This document shows positions 9,480-18,841 of a stretch of 34,939 nt of DNA, one piece after another. The DNA lies in the IMG/VR virus record IMGVR_UViG_3300012942_000092, positions 1 to 34,939 of that record. The stretch is one strand, 5' to 3'. The DNA is from a virus (Duplodnaviria; Caudoviricetes). The translations under genes were made by a program, and so were the position numbers. The number at the start of each line of letters is the position of its first letter. Within the stretch, counting starts at the first letter, position 1. Under the pieces are notes generated by a model that had not been told where the DNA came from, did not search any database, and saw nothing but the letters and a program-made list of their open reading frames with translations.

Positions 9480-10595
9480 TTATACGATTGTAGAGGTTAT
9501 TTTATGTTTGGCACCCGCATTGTCAATATAAAAGAGGTCTGTTCCGTCATAGTTTATTGCGCCTTTTACAACAGGGTTTTGGGCCTGCACGCCTGGTGTG
9601 AAAGCGAGCGGAGGCATAGTTGCCGTACCGGCGGGCAACTGATTATCTATTGCATTAACGGATCCAATACCCAAAACTCTTAATGTTAGATTTTCTGATG
9701 GAAGCCAATCATTAAAGGTCCCAGATCCGTGAAATCCTAATGAGTTATAAGAAACGCCACCTACACGGCTCAGTACAGCAGGTATCGACTTCCAATTTGC
9801 AATTGTAACATTTCCATATTGTGTATATACGCTTTGAATAAAGTTTCCCATTCCTGTGTTGGAGGCCGTATACCGAACTTCCAGGTATGTATAAGAAGAG
9901 TATACTGCATTTGAGATAAATTTACTAATATCAGGAAAGCCGATTGCCAGCATATGGTCTTTATCAGCATGGAAATATGTGCTGGTGCCATCTGCGTTTA
10001 ATTGCCAAGGGTATATTTCATATTTTCCTTGCACGGCATAGTCGCTTAAAGACTGGATTGAATCCTCTGTATACCCTCCTAACACCTGCGAATAACACAA
10101 ATCTATTTGTATTAATCCGGAAATAATTTCCCATAATGACCATAAATTTTTATCACCAGGAGATGATCCACTTTGCTGATCTATCGCACCTCTCGGGAAG
10201 ATACCTCCTGGGTTATAAGATCTGCTGACTACTGTATTTTTAGCACCTACAAAGACTATCGATTGATGTAAAACCGCCCCATCTTGTGTAACTATTAATA
10301 ACAGATTGTTTGGCACCCAAATACCTCTTTTTATACCAAAAGGACTAAAGGGATATCTGTTATTTTTAAAAATAGTCTTATCAAGCGTATAGTATCCAGG
10401 AGACGTAATTGTATTCAAACTTATATTATCGGGTATCATAGGCGCATCAGCTGTAATTTTTGCCAGGTTCGTTTTCATATCCTGCATCCCCAACCTATAC
10501 GCCTTCCCGTCCTGATCTCCCAAAACAAACAGCGGATCTACTACTGCATTGCCATCATCCAGCTGATTAATCTTTTTTCCTTTTATATCTGGCAT
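9480..10595 (-). CDS. minor tail / fibre-like protein
   Basis: follows Dit; N-terminal KKINQL module; SLNTITSPGYY knob-like motif; C-terminal GAINYDGTDLFY. Confidence 0.6.
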   Translation of the reverse strand: MPDIKGKKINQLDDGNAVVDPLFVLGDQDGKAYRLGMQDMKTNLAKITADAPMIPDNISLNTITSPGYYTLDKTIFKNNRYPFSPFGIKRGIWVPNNLLLIVTQDGAVLHQSIVFVGAKNTVVSRSYNPGGIFPRGAIDQQSGSSPGDKNLWSLWEIISGLIQIDLCYSQVLGGYTEDSIQSLSDYAVQGKYEIYPWQLNADGTSTYFHADKDHMLAIGFPDISKFISNAVYSSYTYLEVRYTASNTGMGNFIQSVYTQYGNVTIANWKSIPAVLSRVGGVSYNSLGFHGSGTFNDWLPSENLTLRVLGIGSVNAIDNQLPAGTATMPPLAFTPGVQAQNPVVKGAINYDGTDLFYIDNAGAKHKITSTIV

Positions 10596-10637
10596 ATCTT
10601 AATTTTTTTATTGTTATTCGTATCCCCTAATGGGTTG

Positions 10638-11162
10638 TTATTCGTATAGTAAAAATTCACCGTCTGCATCACTCAAATACTCACCGCCTTCATCTGATCC
10701 TGTATCTATTAATGGATACACTGTGTCATTGAAGAATGGAAAGTCATCAATGAGGGATAGCGTGAATTGGAGTATGGTTGTGCCGTCTTGGTTATAATAT
10801 GGTGCTGGGTTGTCCATGCTTGCCATATCATCGTAGAGCAATTTAAACTCCATTCCTAAAGGCGGAACTTCTAAGATGAAATAACCGCACGTTCTTATAT
10901 AATTTATGAATGCATCATAGTTTAACCAGGCTGCAGCGGATGTATTACCATGAACCGCACAGGGAATAGAAAGGCTTCTGGATCCAAAATTAAGTGAAGA
11001 AACATCCCTTTCGGTACCGTCCTGGTCATTCCATGGCTGAGCTAAATTTTCCTTTCTTTTAGGCGCCTTTAAAAGTTCTTTGTATTGACCTTTTAAAAAC
11101 AGAAGGTGCCATGTAACCCAAGCATCCTGATCGTTTATTATTATCCTGTTTGGAAAGTTCAT
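10638..11162 (-). CDS. distal tail (Dit-like) protein
   Basis: immediately after the tape measure; ELLKAPKRKE, W.DQDG.E motifs typical of this position. Confidence 0.7.
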   Translation of the reverse strand: MNFPNRIIINDQDAWVTWHLLFLKGQYKELLKAPKRKENLAQPWNDQDGTERDVSSLNFGSRSLSIPCAVHGNTSAAAWLNYDAFINYIRTCGYFILEVPPLGMEFKLLYDDMASMDNPAPYYNQDGTTILQFTLSLIDDFPFFNDTVYPLIDTGSDEGGEYLSDADGEFLLYE

Positions 11163-14100
11163 GATACGCCTCCTATATCTCTAAGAGATTGACTTTTAGT
11201 ATTATTAATTACCTGATCCAGCTTTTTGTTAGTAACTGCTACATTATCAGCGGTGTCTTTGGTGTTTTTCTCAATATTTTTCAAATAGTTCATGTTTTGA
11301 ACTAAATAATCATTGGATATTTTCACCTGCGAAACAATGTTTTTGGTCTGGTCAAGATTATTTCTAAATAAGCCGCCTAATTCGCTAGCCTGGTCCTGAG
11401 TTATGCCTTTGATTTGACCAGAAAGGGCAGAGGATTGATCAGAAGCTTGATTTAATTCAGGGAAAGCTTGCATAGCAGCATCATAAGCCTGGGTACCGTA
11501 TGCAATAGCATCTTTTAATTGACTTTGTAATACTTGTATTTCGTCAGCAGTGAGCATCCCGCCGTCGTTCTGATTAAAATCGCTAAGGAACTGGTCCATG
11601 ATTTTTTTAACCGGGCCGCTGATCAGAGAATCTTTAATGCTGGCAAAGATTGAATTTGATAATATGGTATTTATGTCATCGGAAAAGTCTTCAAATGACC
11701 TCTTGCCGGCCTTTAATCCGTCGACAATGGATTGAGCGATTGAATCAGATGTTGACCCTGCGAATGTTTCAGCTATCTGTTCGTTCAAATCTTCCAAAGT
11801 AGAACCCAGCGCGACCGCTTCATCGTTCGCCTGTATGAAAGCATCAGCATATTTTTTGGTACGGTCGTCCAGTTCACCAGTTAACTCAAGCATTTTAAGA
11901 TAATCTGCAATTTGCTGATCGGTCATGCTTCCGTTAATCCCTAAATCTCCATACTCTTCTACAACTTTTGTTTTTTTGCCGATTCCGAAAACACCTCCAT
12001 ACTTTTCCTTATGTCTACCGGTAATTTGTTGCCCCGTGGTTATTAAAAACCTTTTGTAGTCTTCTAAATCGTTTTTGTTACCTTGTTGTTTGGTTTTGAT
12101 TAAATCTCTTTGGGCTGCTAGCTCTGCAAGGGTTCCTTTTACAATACCGTCTTGAATATTCATTTGTTCCCGCAAATACTGGTTGTATTGTATTTGCCCG
12201 ATATTCATTTGATCTTGGGCATCTAAAAGCTCCTTCTGGGCTTTGATGGCAGATTCTTTTGCTTTAGAAAACATTGAAAATATAGACCCAATAAGTCCTA
12301 AGCTAGAAGATACTATACCTGTGGCGTTCCCTGATGCAATAGAAGCGCCTAATTCTGCACCTGCTGAAACAAGGCTTCCCATAGTGTCCAATGTATCGCC
12401 TAGAGATTCATTTAAAGAAGATATGCTTTGCCCAATAGAAGAAATTTCACTACCTATCTGGCTTAATCCTTCAAAGACAGCTGAAATTTTCCTTTTTTGA
12501 AGTTCCTCTGCCGATAAGTTTAAATCATGAAGTTTAATAAGGATTGCTTCCAGATTTTTTTTGGCTTCTGGATCTTTCAATCCATCCAGCGCTTTGCTTA
12601 TATTAGAATCGTTATCTGAAAGATCTTTTATTTTCCCATAATCTGCCTGTACGTCGCTAACAAACTTTGATATTATATCTTTAGCGGAGCTGTATGTATT
12701 TTCAAGGTTTTTTAAATAATCTTCCTGCCTTTGCTGATCAATTTTATTATTACTTAGATTGGCATTTGCGATATCAAAATTGGAGCTGTTTGGATTGTTC
12801 AATACAGCGTTATTCTTTTCTTTTGCGATATCCGCTTTGATATCGGCTATCCGGTTTGCATTGCGTAATAAATTGTTTGTAAAGGAGTTATCGGACTGTG
12901 CATTTTTATTATTCGTTTCTGCCCAAATTGTTCTGATTTTCTGGGCTAGATCAGAATCAATATTTTCTATCTTCTTTGCGTAATCTTCATAATTTTCACC
13001 ATTGATGTTTAGTGCATCCTGGACTAATTTTGGATTAATGGCGGGATTTGATTTGGCTGCAGCATCTAAGGCGGTCTTTGTCTGTGATTGACCCTGGAGG
13101 TTCTGTAGCTGTTTGGTAAAGGCTAAAAAAGAATCACTGTCAGGGCTTAGGTTGGCCAGTTGCTCTTTTGCAAAGTTTTGCTGTAATTCTAATAATCTGT
13201 CAACCTGATCTTTTTCGTATGTCTTTTTTAAATCATCTTGTTTTTTAAGGGAATCAGCGTTTATCTTTTCGATCAAAGCAGCGTTGTTCTTCGCGCTGTT
13301 TATTTCTGCTTTCTTTTGATTGTCAAGTAATTGTAACTTTAATTGAAGTTCTTCTGCGGATCCTTGTTTTACATTGTCAAGTTGCGCCTGAATAGCATCG
13401 GCCTGATCTTTTAATTTCTGGTCGTTGTATTTGACTTGTGCATCCCTATCAGCTTTTAATTTGGTAGCCTGTGCTAATGAAATTTGACCAGATGTAACAT
13501 TAGGATTAGATACTGTATTATTATACTGTGCCTGATTTAATTTTAATTGGGCGTTCAACCAGTCTTTAGATCCTTCTTTGGCTATTGTTACTTTGGCTTT
13601 CCAGTAGTCAGTATCAGAAGACAAAGCTCGTTCCTGGGATTCTTTACTGAACGCAGCGATATCAGATTCTCCTTTAGATTGGGAGTTGACGTACTCGTTA
13701 TAGAACTGATTCAATTTATCGGCTTTGGAGTTTAAAAAAGCGGCGTGATCATCAAGTATTTTTTGATCTTTTTGAGCGGCTTCCTTATCAACTGTTAAGT
13801 TCTTATTCGTCAGGTCTTTAGTATTCTGATTGAAATAATCAGTAGCTTTTGCAGTTGCTTTAGCGGCTTCCTGCCTGGCTTTTAAAACCTGTACATAAAT
13901 ATCTTGTGACGGATCGACACCATTAATTTTAAGCTGTTCAAGTGCGCCCTGCTTTGTTAGGTCATTTACATTTTGTTGTAATTGTAAGATTTCCTGCCTG
14001 GACTTGCCTTCTGCTTTGGCAATATCCAAAGCGTGTTGTGCTGCATTTACCCTATCGTCACTGATGGACTTCTGCAGATTGGAAACCTGGTTTAAGTAAT

Positions 14101-15688
14101 CGGCTGATTTTTTAAGAACATCATTCAGTCGTTCTTGTGCTTTTGTTGCTTTGTCAGCACCAGAAGTAAATAAGGCGAATGCTCCTATAACGGCTGTTAT
14201 AGCTATTAATACAACTCCTACGGGGTTTGCTTCCATAGCAGCATTTAAAGACCATTGTGCGGCTGTGGCACCTTCTGTGACTGCAATTTCGGCTTCTTTG
14301 GTAACAATATTTGCATTTTCGGCTGCCGTGTTTTCTACAGTGGCTACATTGCCAGCCGTCTGGGCAGTAGTTCCGGATTTAATAGCTGCATTCTTTGCAA
14401 GCAAGTTTCTAACGTAGACGTTTACTGCGCTATCTTTGTTTAGAACTTGTGCCAATTGTTGAACACCCATTAACGTGGCCATGGCACTGGTAGTAACTTT
14501 GATTATTTGCTGTGCCTTTTCGTTATCGTCAGTAAATAACCCTATAACACCGCTGGCAGCGGTAAAAGCGCCTACTAAACCTTGTACACCTTGGCTTAAT
14601 GCATCAAATACTTTTGTGTTCGATGCCTGTAATTTTATCTGCTTGTTTACGTTCTGGATAGAATGTTCAAGTAAAGTAGCTCTGGCTATATCATCCTGAT
14701 TGAAAATACCTGCTGATTGATCAGAAGCTATTTTATTCCTTAATTGACGGTATTCAGTGATAATATTCACGCCTTTTGTAACTACTTGAGATTGCTCTTT
14801 GATTTGAGTAGTCAAATCGGCTATTTGGTTACGCATTTGGCCCCCGATTTCGGAATCGGCACGCTCCGCATCTGTCAGGTTGCTATAAGCCGTTTTTAAG
14901 GCTGCAAGGGCGGCTTTTTTCTCCTTTAATGTATTAGTCTGGAGGTTCTGTAAGTTTAAAGAGGTTTCCTGTACTGCTGTCTGGTTTTTGATTTCAGCCC
15001 TTATCTCTTCCTGTGCTTTTTTAAGGGCGGCGGTTGCCTGAGTGTATTCTTTCTGGTCGATTTTACCAGCAGCAAAAGCAGCAGACAACCTTTTTTGCGC
15101 GGATTCTGCCTGACTTAAGGCCGTCTGCATATCCACCAGGTCTAAAACATACTGTTTTGTTTCCTCATCAAGCGACGCAAAGGCCGTTTTAGCAGCAGAT
15201 AAGGTTTGCTGCATGGATTCGCTTAGAATGGCATTTAAGTTACTGGAAGGCCCCCTTGTAGGTCGTTCTATATTCTTGCCTTTTGTCTGGATAGCAGACA
15301 TACCGTATTGATTTACAACTGATTGCAGTTCTTTTAATTGCTCTTTAGAAAAGTCAACAACCTTTTCGATTTTGGCTTTTTCTGTTTGCACAAACCCATC
15401 AGGTAAGATAGTGGTAACACCTTTGCCCTGGATCTCTTTTTGTGCTTTTTGCGCTTCCTGGACCAATGAAGCGTTCATTTTAGATTGAGCTTGTGCGACT
15501 TCCTGTGCTACTTCTTTTTGAACCTTAACGGCAGTCTGACCTACTTCTTTAATGGTAGCTTCTAAAGCAGTTGAATCAATTCCATTAGCACCTAGCTGCG
15601 AAAGAATCTTGTCGATATTCTTTGCATCTAAAGTGAATTTTGATAAGTCAATTCTGGCATTCCACTGTAAACTTCTATCTTCTGCCAT
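11159..15688 (-). CDS. tape measure protein
   Basis: 1509 aa, Ala/Gln/Lys-rich helical protein with AQWSLNAAMEANPVG motif and hydrophobic segments; lies after the tail chaperone. Confidence 0.92.
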   Translation of the reverse strand: MAEDRSLQWNARIDLSKFTLDAKNIDKILSQLGANGIDSTALEATIKEVGQTAVKVQKEVAQEVAQAQSKMNASLVQEAQKAQKEIQGKGVTTILPDGFVQTEKAKIEKVVDFSKEQLKELQSVVNQYGMSAIQTKGKNIERPTRGPSSNLNAILSESMQQTLSAAKTAFASLDEETKQYVLDLVDMQTALSQAESAQKRLSAAFAAGKIDQKEYTQATAALKKAQEEIRAEIKNQTAVQETSLNLQNLQTNTLKEKKAALAALKTAYSNLTDAERADSEIGGQMRNQIADLTTQIKEQSQVVTKGVNIITEYRQLRNKIASDQSAGIFNQDDIARATLLEHSIQNVNKQIKLQASNTKVFDALSQGVQGLVGAFTAASGVIGLFTDDNEKAQQIIKVTTSAMATLMGVQQLAQVLNKDSAVNVYVRNLLAKNAAIKSGTTAQTAGNVATVENTAAENANIVTKEAEIAVTEGATAAQWSLNAAMEANPVGVVLIAITAVIGAFALFTSGADKATKAQERLNDVLKKSADYLNQVSNLQKSISDDRVNAAQHALDIAKAEGKSRQEILQLQQNVNDLTKQGALEQLKINGVDPSQDIYVQVLKARQEAAKATAKATDYFNQNTKDLTNKNLTVDKEAAQKDQKILDDHAAFLNSKADKLNQFYNEYVNSQSKGESDIAAFSKESQERALSSDTDYWKAKVTIAKEGSKDWLNAQLKLNQAQYNNTVSNPNVTSGQISLAQATKLKADRDAQVKYNDQKLKDQADAIQAQLDNVKQGSAEELQLKLQLLDNQKKAEINSAKNNAALIEKINADSLKKQDDLKKTYEKDQVDRLLELQQNFAKEQLANLSPDSDSFLAFTKQLQNLQGQSQTKTALDAAAKSNPAINPKLVQDALNINGENYEDYAKKIENIDSDLAQKIRTIWAETNNKNAQSDNSFTNNLLRNANRIADIKADIAKEKNNAVLNNPNSSNFDIANANLSNNKIDQQRQEDYLKNLENTYSSAKDIISKFVSDVQADYGKIKDLSDNDSNISKALDGLKDPEAKKNLEAILIKLHDLNLSAEELQKRKISAVFEGLSQIGSEISSIGQSISSLNESLGDTLDTMGSLVSAGAELGASIASGNATGIVSSSLGLIGSIFSMFSKAKESAIKAQKELLDAQDQMNIGQIQYNQYLREQMNIQDGIVKGTLAELAAQRDLIKTKQQGNKNDLEDYKRFLITTGQQITGRHKEKYGGVFGIGKKTKVVEEYGDLGINGSMTDQQIADYLKMLELTGELDDRTKKYADAFIQANDEAVALGSTLEDLNEQIAETFAGSTSDSIAQSIVDGLKAGKRSFEDFSDDINTILSNSIFASIKDSLISGPVKKIMDQFLSDFNQNDGGMLTADEIQVLQSQLKDAIAYGTQAYDAAMQAFPELNQASDQSSALSGQIKGITQDQASELGGLFRNNLDQTKNIVSQVKISNDYLVQNMNYLKNIEKNTKDTADNVAVTNKKLDQVINNTKSQSLRDIGGVS

Positions 15689-15957
15689 TATTCAATAAAT
15701 TTTAGAATGTCGCTTGCTGTTTTGGCTTCAATAACTTCTTCTTTTTCTTTTTCATCGAAATCGTAAGATGGTATTGTGGCTAGTAACATTCTTAGTTTGG
15801 TATAACTGATTCCTTTTTCTATATATTCAGGTGTCCAGCTGAAATAATGTGCTGCGTTTCCGATAAACGCAAAGAGGCTATTTAGCTCCCCTCGTCCTTT
15901 GGATTCATCTGCATCAGATTTACGTTTCTGATTAAGATTATAGAACTTATAAAACCC
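15688..15957 (-). CDS. -1 frameshift extension of the tail assembly chaperone (gpGT-like); not in the ORF track
   Basis: slippery G GGT TTT at 15957..15951; the -1 frame is open (...GELNSLFAFIGNAAHYFSWTPEYIEKG...LKFIE) to a TAA that overlaps the tape-measure ATG. Confidence 0.75.
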   Translation of the reverse strand, partial: GFYKFYNLNQKRKSDADESKGRGELNSLFAFIGNAAHYFSWTPEYIEKGISYTKLRMLLATIPSYDFDEKEKEEVIEAKTASDILKFIE

Positions 15958-16349
15958 GTTACATCTAATTGGTTTAAAATGGCTTTATAGGCTTCTTTTA
16001 GATCGTTTGAGTTCATATATCCTAGTATCCGTAAAAGCTCACTATCCGGTTCCTGATCGCTGTTTAAGATGGCATAAGCCACAATCTTCTCTAGTTGACT
16101 TCCATTTGCTACCAGAATGTTATAAGTGGAGGAAATCATACTGGAATCAGCTTTGACTTTTTCAGGATCAATCTTTAAGACTTCACGGCTGATTCTGATC
16201 ATTGAATGAAGGCAAAGCGGATTGATAGTAAATTCTTTCCTTTCAGTTTCTGTGATTACTTTTAAGAATTTTCGCTTTTTAACTGGATAATCCACGTGAA
16301 ACGAATATGATGGGCTTTCTAAGATTACGTCTGCTGTTTCTTTAAGCAT
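15882..16349 (-). CDS. tail assembly chaperone (gpG-like)
   Basis: position between tail tube and tape measure; contains the slippery site. Confidence 0.8.
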   Translation of the reverse strand: MLKETADVILESPSYSFHVDYPVKKRKFLKVITETERKEFTINPLCLHSMIRISREVLKIDPEKVKADSSMISSTYNILVANGSQLEKIVAYAILNSDQEPDSELLRILGYMNSNDLKEAYKAILNQLDVTGFISSIILIRNVNLMQMNPKDEGS

Positions 16350-16362
16350 AAATGGTTTTTAT

Positions 16363-16395
16363 AAAAAACCCTCCCTTATCGAAGGAAGGGTTTTT
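16363..16395 (-). terminator. terminator after the major tail protein gene
   Basis: aaaaaccctccctt...aaggaagggttttt inverted repeat flanked by A/T runs. Confidence 0.7.
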
Positions 16396-16417
16396 ATCCT
16401 TTTTAGATTCTTTTAGA

Positions 16418-16954
16418 TTAGGCTGTGGGAGCGTCCGTTACTTTAATCCATTTAGCGGTTGCGTGTGGCAGACCGGTCGTTGGATCAACAGGATTCAGGA
16501 TATCGCCTTTTACGTGGATCAGTGGCAAACCGCTACGCTGGAATTTCCATTCAAACGTAAAGTTTACATTCACACGTGCCAGTTCGATTTTAGAACCATC
16601 TTTCATTGTGATTGCTACGCTTTGTTCGGTAGGTTCGTCTGGTCCAGGTGACCATGAATCCGGCGCTCCGCTCGCACCAGGAGTGACGGTACCGCCGCAA
16701 ATCTTCTTCATTTGAGCAGCGTTCTTTGCATAGAAATCGATATCCAGCTCTTTATCACCAGGGATAGTGACAGCGAAATATGGATCGTCTGCAATTTCTT
16801 GAGGGAATGGCGTTTTGGTTCCGTCTGCTTGTGTAATGACGGCGGTGTCTCTTACCGGATCGTCAACATCAACAAGATCAGTTCCCATGCCACCGTCTGC
16901 ACCTACAGGGCCCATTTGTAAGGAGGCCATACTGTATTTTACTTTAATTGCCAT
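16418..16954 (-). CDS. major tail (tube) protein
   Basis: 178 aa, position, ADGGMGT motif, followed by a terminator. Confidence 0.8.
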   Translation of the reverse strand: MAIKVKYSMASLQMGPVGADGGMGTDLVDVDDPVRDTAVITQADGTKTPFPQEIADDPYFAVTIPGDKELDIDFYAKNAAQMKKICGGTVTPGASGAPDSWSPGPDEPTEQSVAITMKDGSKIELARVNVNFTFEWKFQRSGLPLIHVKGDILNPVDPTTGLPHATAKWIKVTDAPTA

Positions 16955-16973
16955 AAGTTTTGGTTTTTCTAGG

Positions 16974-17390
16974 TTAATAATTGGGGTGGCCGTAGCGCAC
17001 CATAATATTCAAATAATGTTCTTTTAAATCCGGCTCTTCAAACGTTGTTAGCTTGGTAATCCAAAATAAAATATTTTCTGTGAAAGTGTCGTCTATCAAG
17101 GGTATAACAATGGCCGATATTCTATCAATAGTCTCATTATCCGGAAGGGATTGATTAACACCGTTAATTTCTTCTGAAAAATCCTGCACATGAATATTTA
17201 CATTGATGTATCCTTCTTGGAGTCCAGCCGGGATATTGGCTAATGGAACAACTACAACATCCTGCTTTTCGTCGCCTGCGTTTACTGTTTTGCGTTTACC
17301 TTTTTGAACTGATCCGGTAATTTGGGTTGTCAGTTCAGGAACTTTCAATAATTGATATAAAGCAGTAGCGGCTTGATTTGGGGTTATCAT
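16974..17390 (-). CDS. tail terminator-like protein
   Basis: position; QEGYINVNIHV..D motif. Confidence 0.65.
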   Translation of the reverse strand: MITPNQAATALYQLLKVPELTTQITGSVQKGKRKTVNAGDEKQDVVVVPLANIPAGLQEGYINVNIHVQDFSEEINGVNQSLPDNETIDRISAIVIPLIDDTFTENILFWITKLTTFEEPDLKEHYLNIMVRYGHPNY

Positions 17391-17836
17391 AGTTTCTTTT
17401 TAAGCCTTTCGAGTGATTCTTTAAGTAGTTTCTCGGCGTGTAATGAACTGCCAGAAATAACATCGTATCCTTTTGATTCAACAGCTGCAGCATATTCCAT
17501 CCCAGCAACAACTACAAGGCAAAATCCACTTTGGGGTAAGTCTTCAAATTCCATTGCAACGTCATATCCTTGTTGTTTACCTTCTTCTGTTTCACCAGAG
17601 AAATCATCAAAAGCAGGTTTGCCGTCTCTAAATACGATGTATCCAATTGAACTTCTTAAATTACCTGTTACGTCACCAAATCCAGGAGGTTTAGGCTGAC
17701 TTCTAGCCATGGCTACAAATTCATCACCGACCATCTGAAAGCGCTCTAAAATGTCATTCTCAATACGGTCTATATCGTCTTTGACCTGTTTTAATAGATC
17801 AGTGACTTTAAATTTTGGTGTGAGTTTTAAACCCAT
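17387..17836 (-). CDS. HK97 gp10-like neck / tail completion protein
   Basis: DVTGNLRSSIGY and AGMEYAAAVE motifs. Confidence 0.8.
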   Translation of the reverse strand: MGLKLTPKFKVTDLLKQVKDDIDRIENDILERFQMVGDEFVAMARSQPKPPGFGDVTGNLRSSIGYIVFRDGKPAFDDFSGETEEGKQQGYDVAMEFEDLPQSGFCLVVVAGMEYAAAVESKGYDVISGSSLHAEKLLKESLERLKKKL

Positions 17837-18153
17837 AGCCGGTTGTTTAATTGGGAGCCGATATCGATCATTTTCACAGTCAGGTTTTTAACTATCCCCC
17901 TGATCGTTACTCGAATCTGATCACCTTCTTTTAAATCCCATTTAGGAAGTGGTCCGTAAATGGTAGCGAAATAATAAATTCTGGTGCCATCGATTCCGGT
18001 TTTAAAGGCATTCTGCTTTGCAACCTCTACCCGGCAATTACCAATACTTATCCACGAAGGTGTACCAGGCACCCAGTCGCCATTTTCGTTTTCATGGCCG
18101 CCGGTTGTTTGATAGACTTCTAAATAGTGAGGATATTGCTTAGGGATTACCAC
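17827..18153 (-). CDS. head closure / head-tail joining protein
   Basis: size, position, ENGDWVPG..W...G.CR motif. Confidence 0.65.
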   Translation of the reverse strand: MVIPKQYPHYLEVYQTTGGHENENGDWVPGTPSWISIGNCRVEVAKQNAFKTGIDGTRIYYFATIYGPLPKWDLKEGDQIRVTIRGIVKNLTVKMIDIGSQLNNRLWV

Positions 18154-18479
18154 ATTGAAGACTTATCGGTGATCACTGGTTTTGTTCGGTACTTGCTGAT
18201 CAGATTATTACAACCTGAATCATTAGCCAGGCGTTCCATGTATTTGGCCTTATTTGCTCTATCGTAAGAGATTGAATAGCCACCTTCTGATGTTTGAGCT
18301 ATCCCTATGCCGTCCTGATCCAAATGGTTTAAGGCAGCGCCATAAATCCCACACTTCAAAGTCTGGTTTGTAGGGTCCCAAGTTCCATTAGGGTCTATAC
18401 CGTCAAATTCGAGTAAGTCTCTAGCTTCATTGTCGCTGACGTCGCCGGCTAGTTTTAAGAATGCCTGTAGATTGGTCAT
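18147..18479 (-). CDS. head-tail adaptor
   Basis: SEGGYSISYD and ITDKSSMW motifs; position after the capsid genes. Confidence 0.65.
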   Translation of the reverse strand: MTNLQAFLKLAGDVSDNEARDLLEFDGIDPNGTWDPTNQTLKCGIYGAALNHLDQDGIGIAQTSEGGYSISYDRANKAKYMERLANDSGCNNLISKYRTKPVITDKSSMW

Positions 18480-18841
18480 TTTTGCTCAACAAGTTTCAGG
18501 TTGATACACTTTTCCAGCCTTTCTTTTGTGAAGTGGCTAACATCCTGTCCGATGCTCCAGGTCTTATTAAAGTCGCTGGCATCTCGGAAAGGAGAAACAA
18601 CTACAAAATTCTTTTCAGATTTGCCTTTTGGCTTTTCAGCTTTTTTGGCTTCATCTACTTTGGGAGGTGTTACAACTTCACTTTGAGATTCTGTAGACTC
18701 TACTGAATCACTTGGTTTTGTCACTTCTGGAGGTGTTGCAACCCCTGAATTTTCATCAGGGGTTTGGTTAGCAACAGCTTTTTTGGCTTCATCTACTTTG
18801 GCTTGAGCAGCAGCCAGTCTTTCTTTTACTTGCTTATTCAT
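18476..18841 (-). CDS. hypothetical head-associated protein with internal duplication
   Basis: KVDEAKKA occurs twice; low-complexity linker. Confidence 0.7.
   Translation of the reverse strand: MNKQVKERLAAAQAKVDEAKKAVANQTPDENSGVATPPEVTKPSDSVESTESQSEVVTPPKVDEAKKAEKPKGKSEKNFVVVSPFRDASDFNKTWSIGQDVSHFTKERLEKCINLKLVEQK
18637..18801. repeat. 27-bp perfect direct repeat
   Basis: cagcttttttggcttcatctactttgg at 18637..18663 and 18775..18801. Confidence 0.9.

Noticed and set aside
2577-10595. Diversity-generating retroelement or invertible tail-fibre switch
   Set aside because: No reverse transcriptase, invertase, or adenine-specific TR/VR pair seen; the repeats are diverged protein-level repeats
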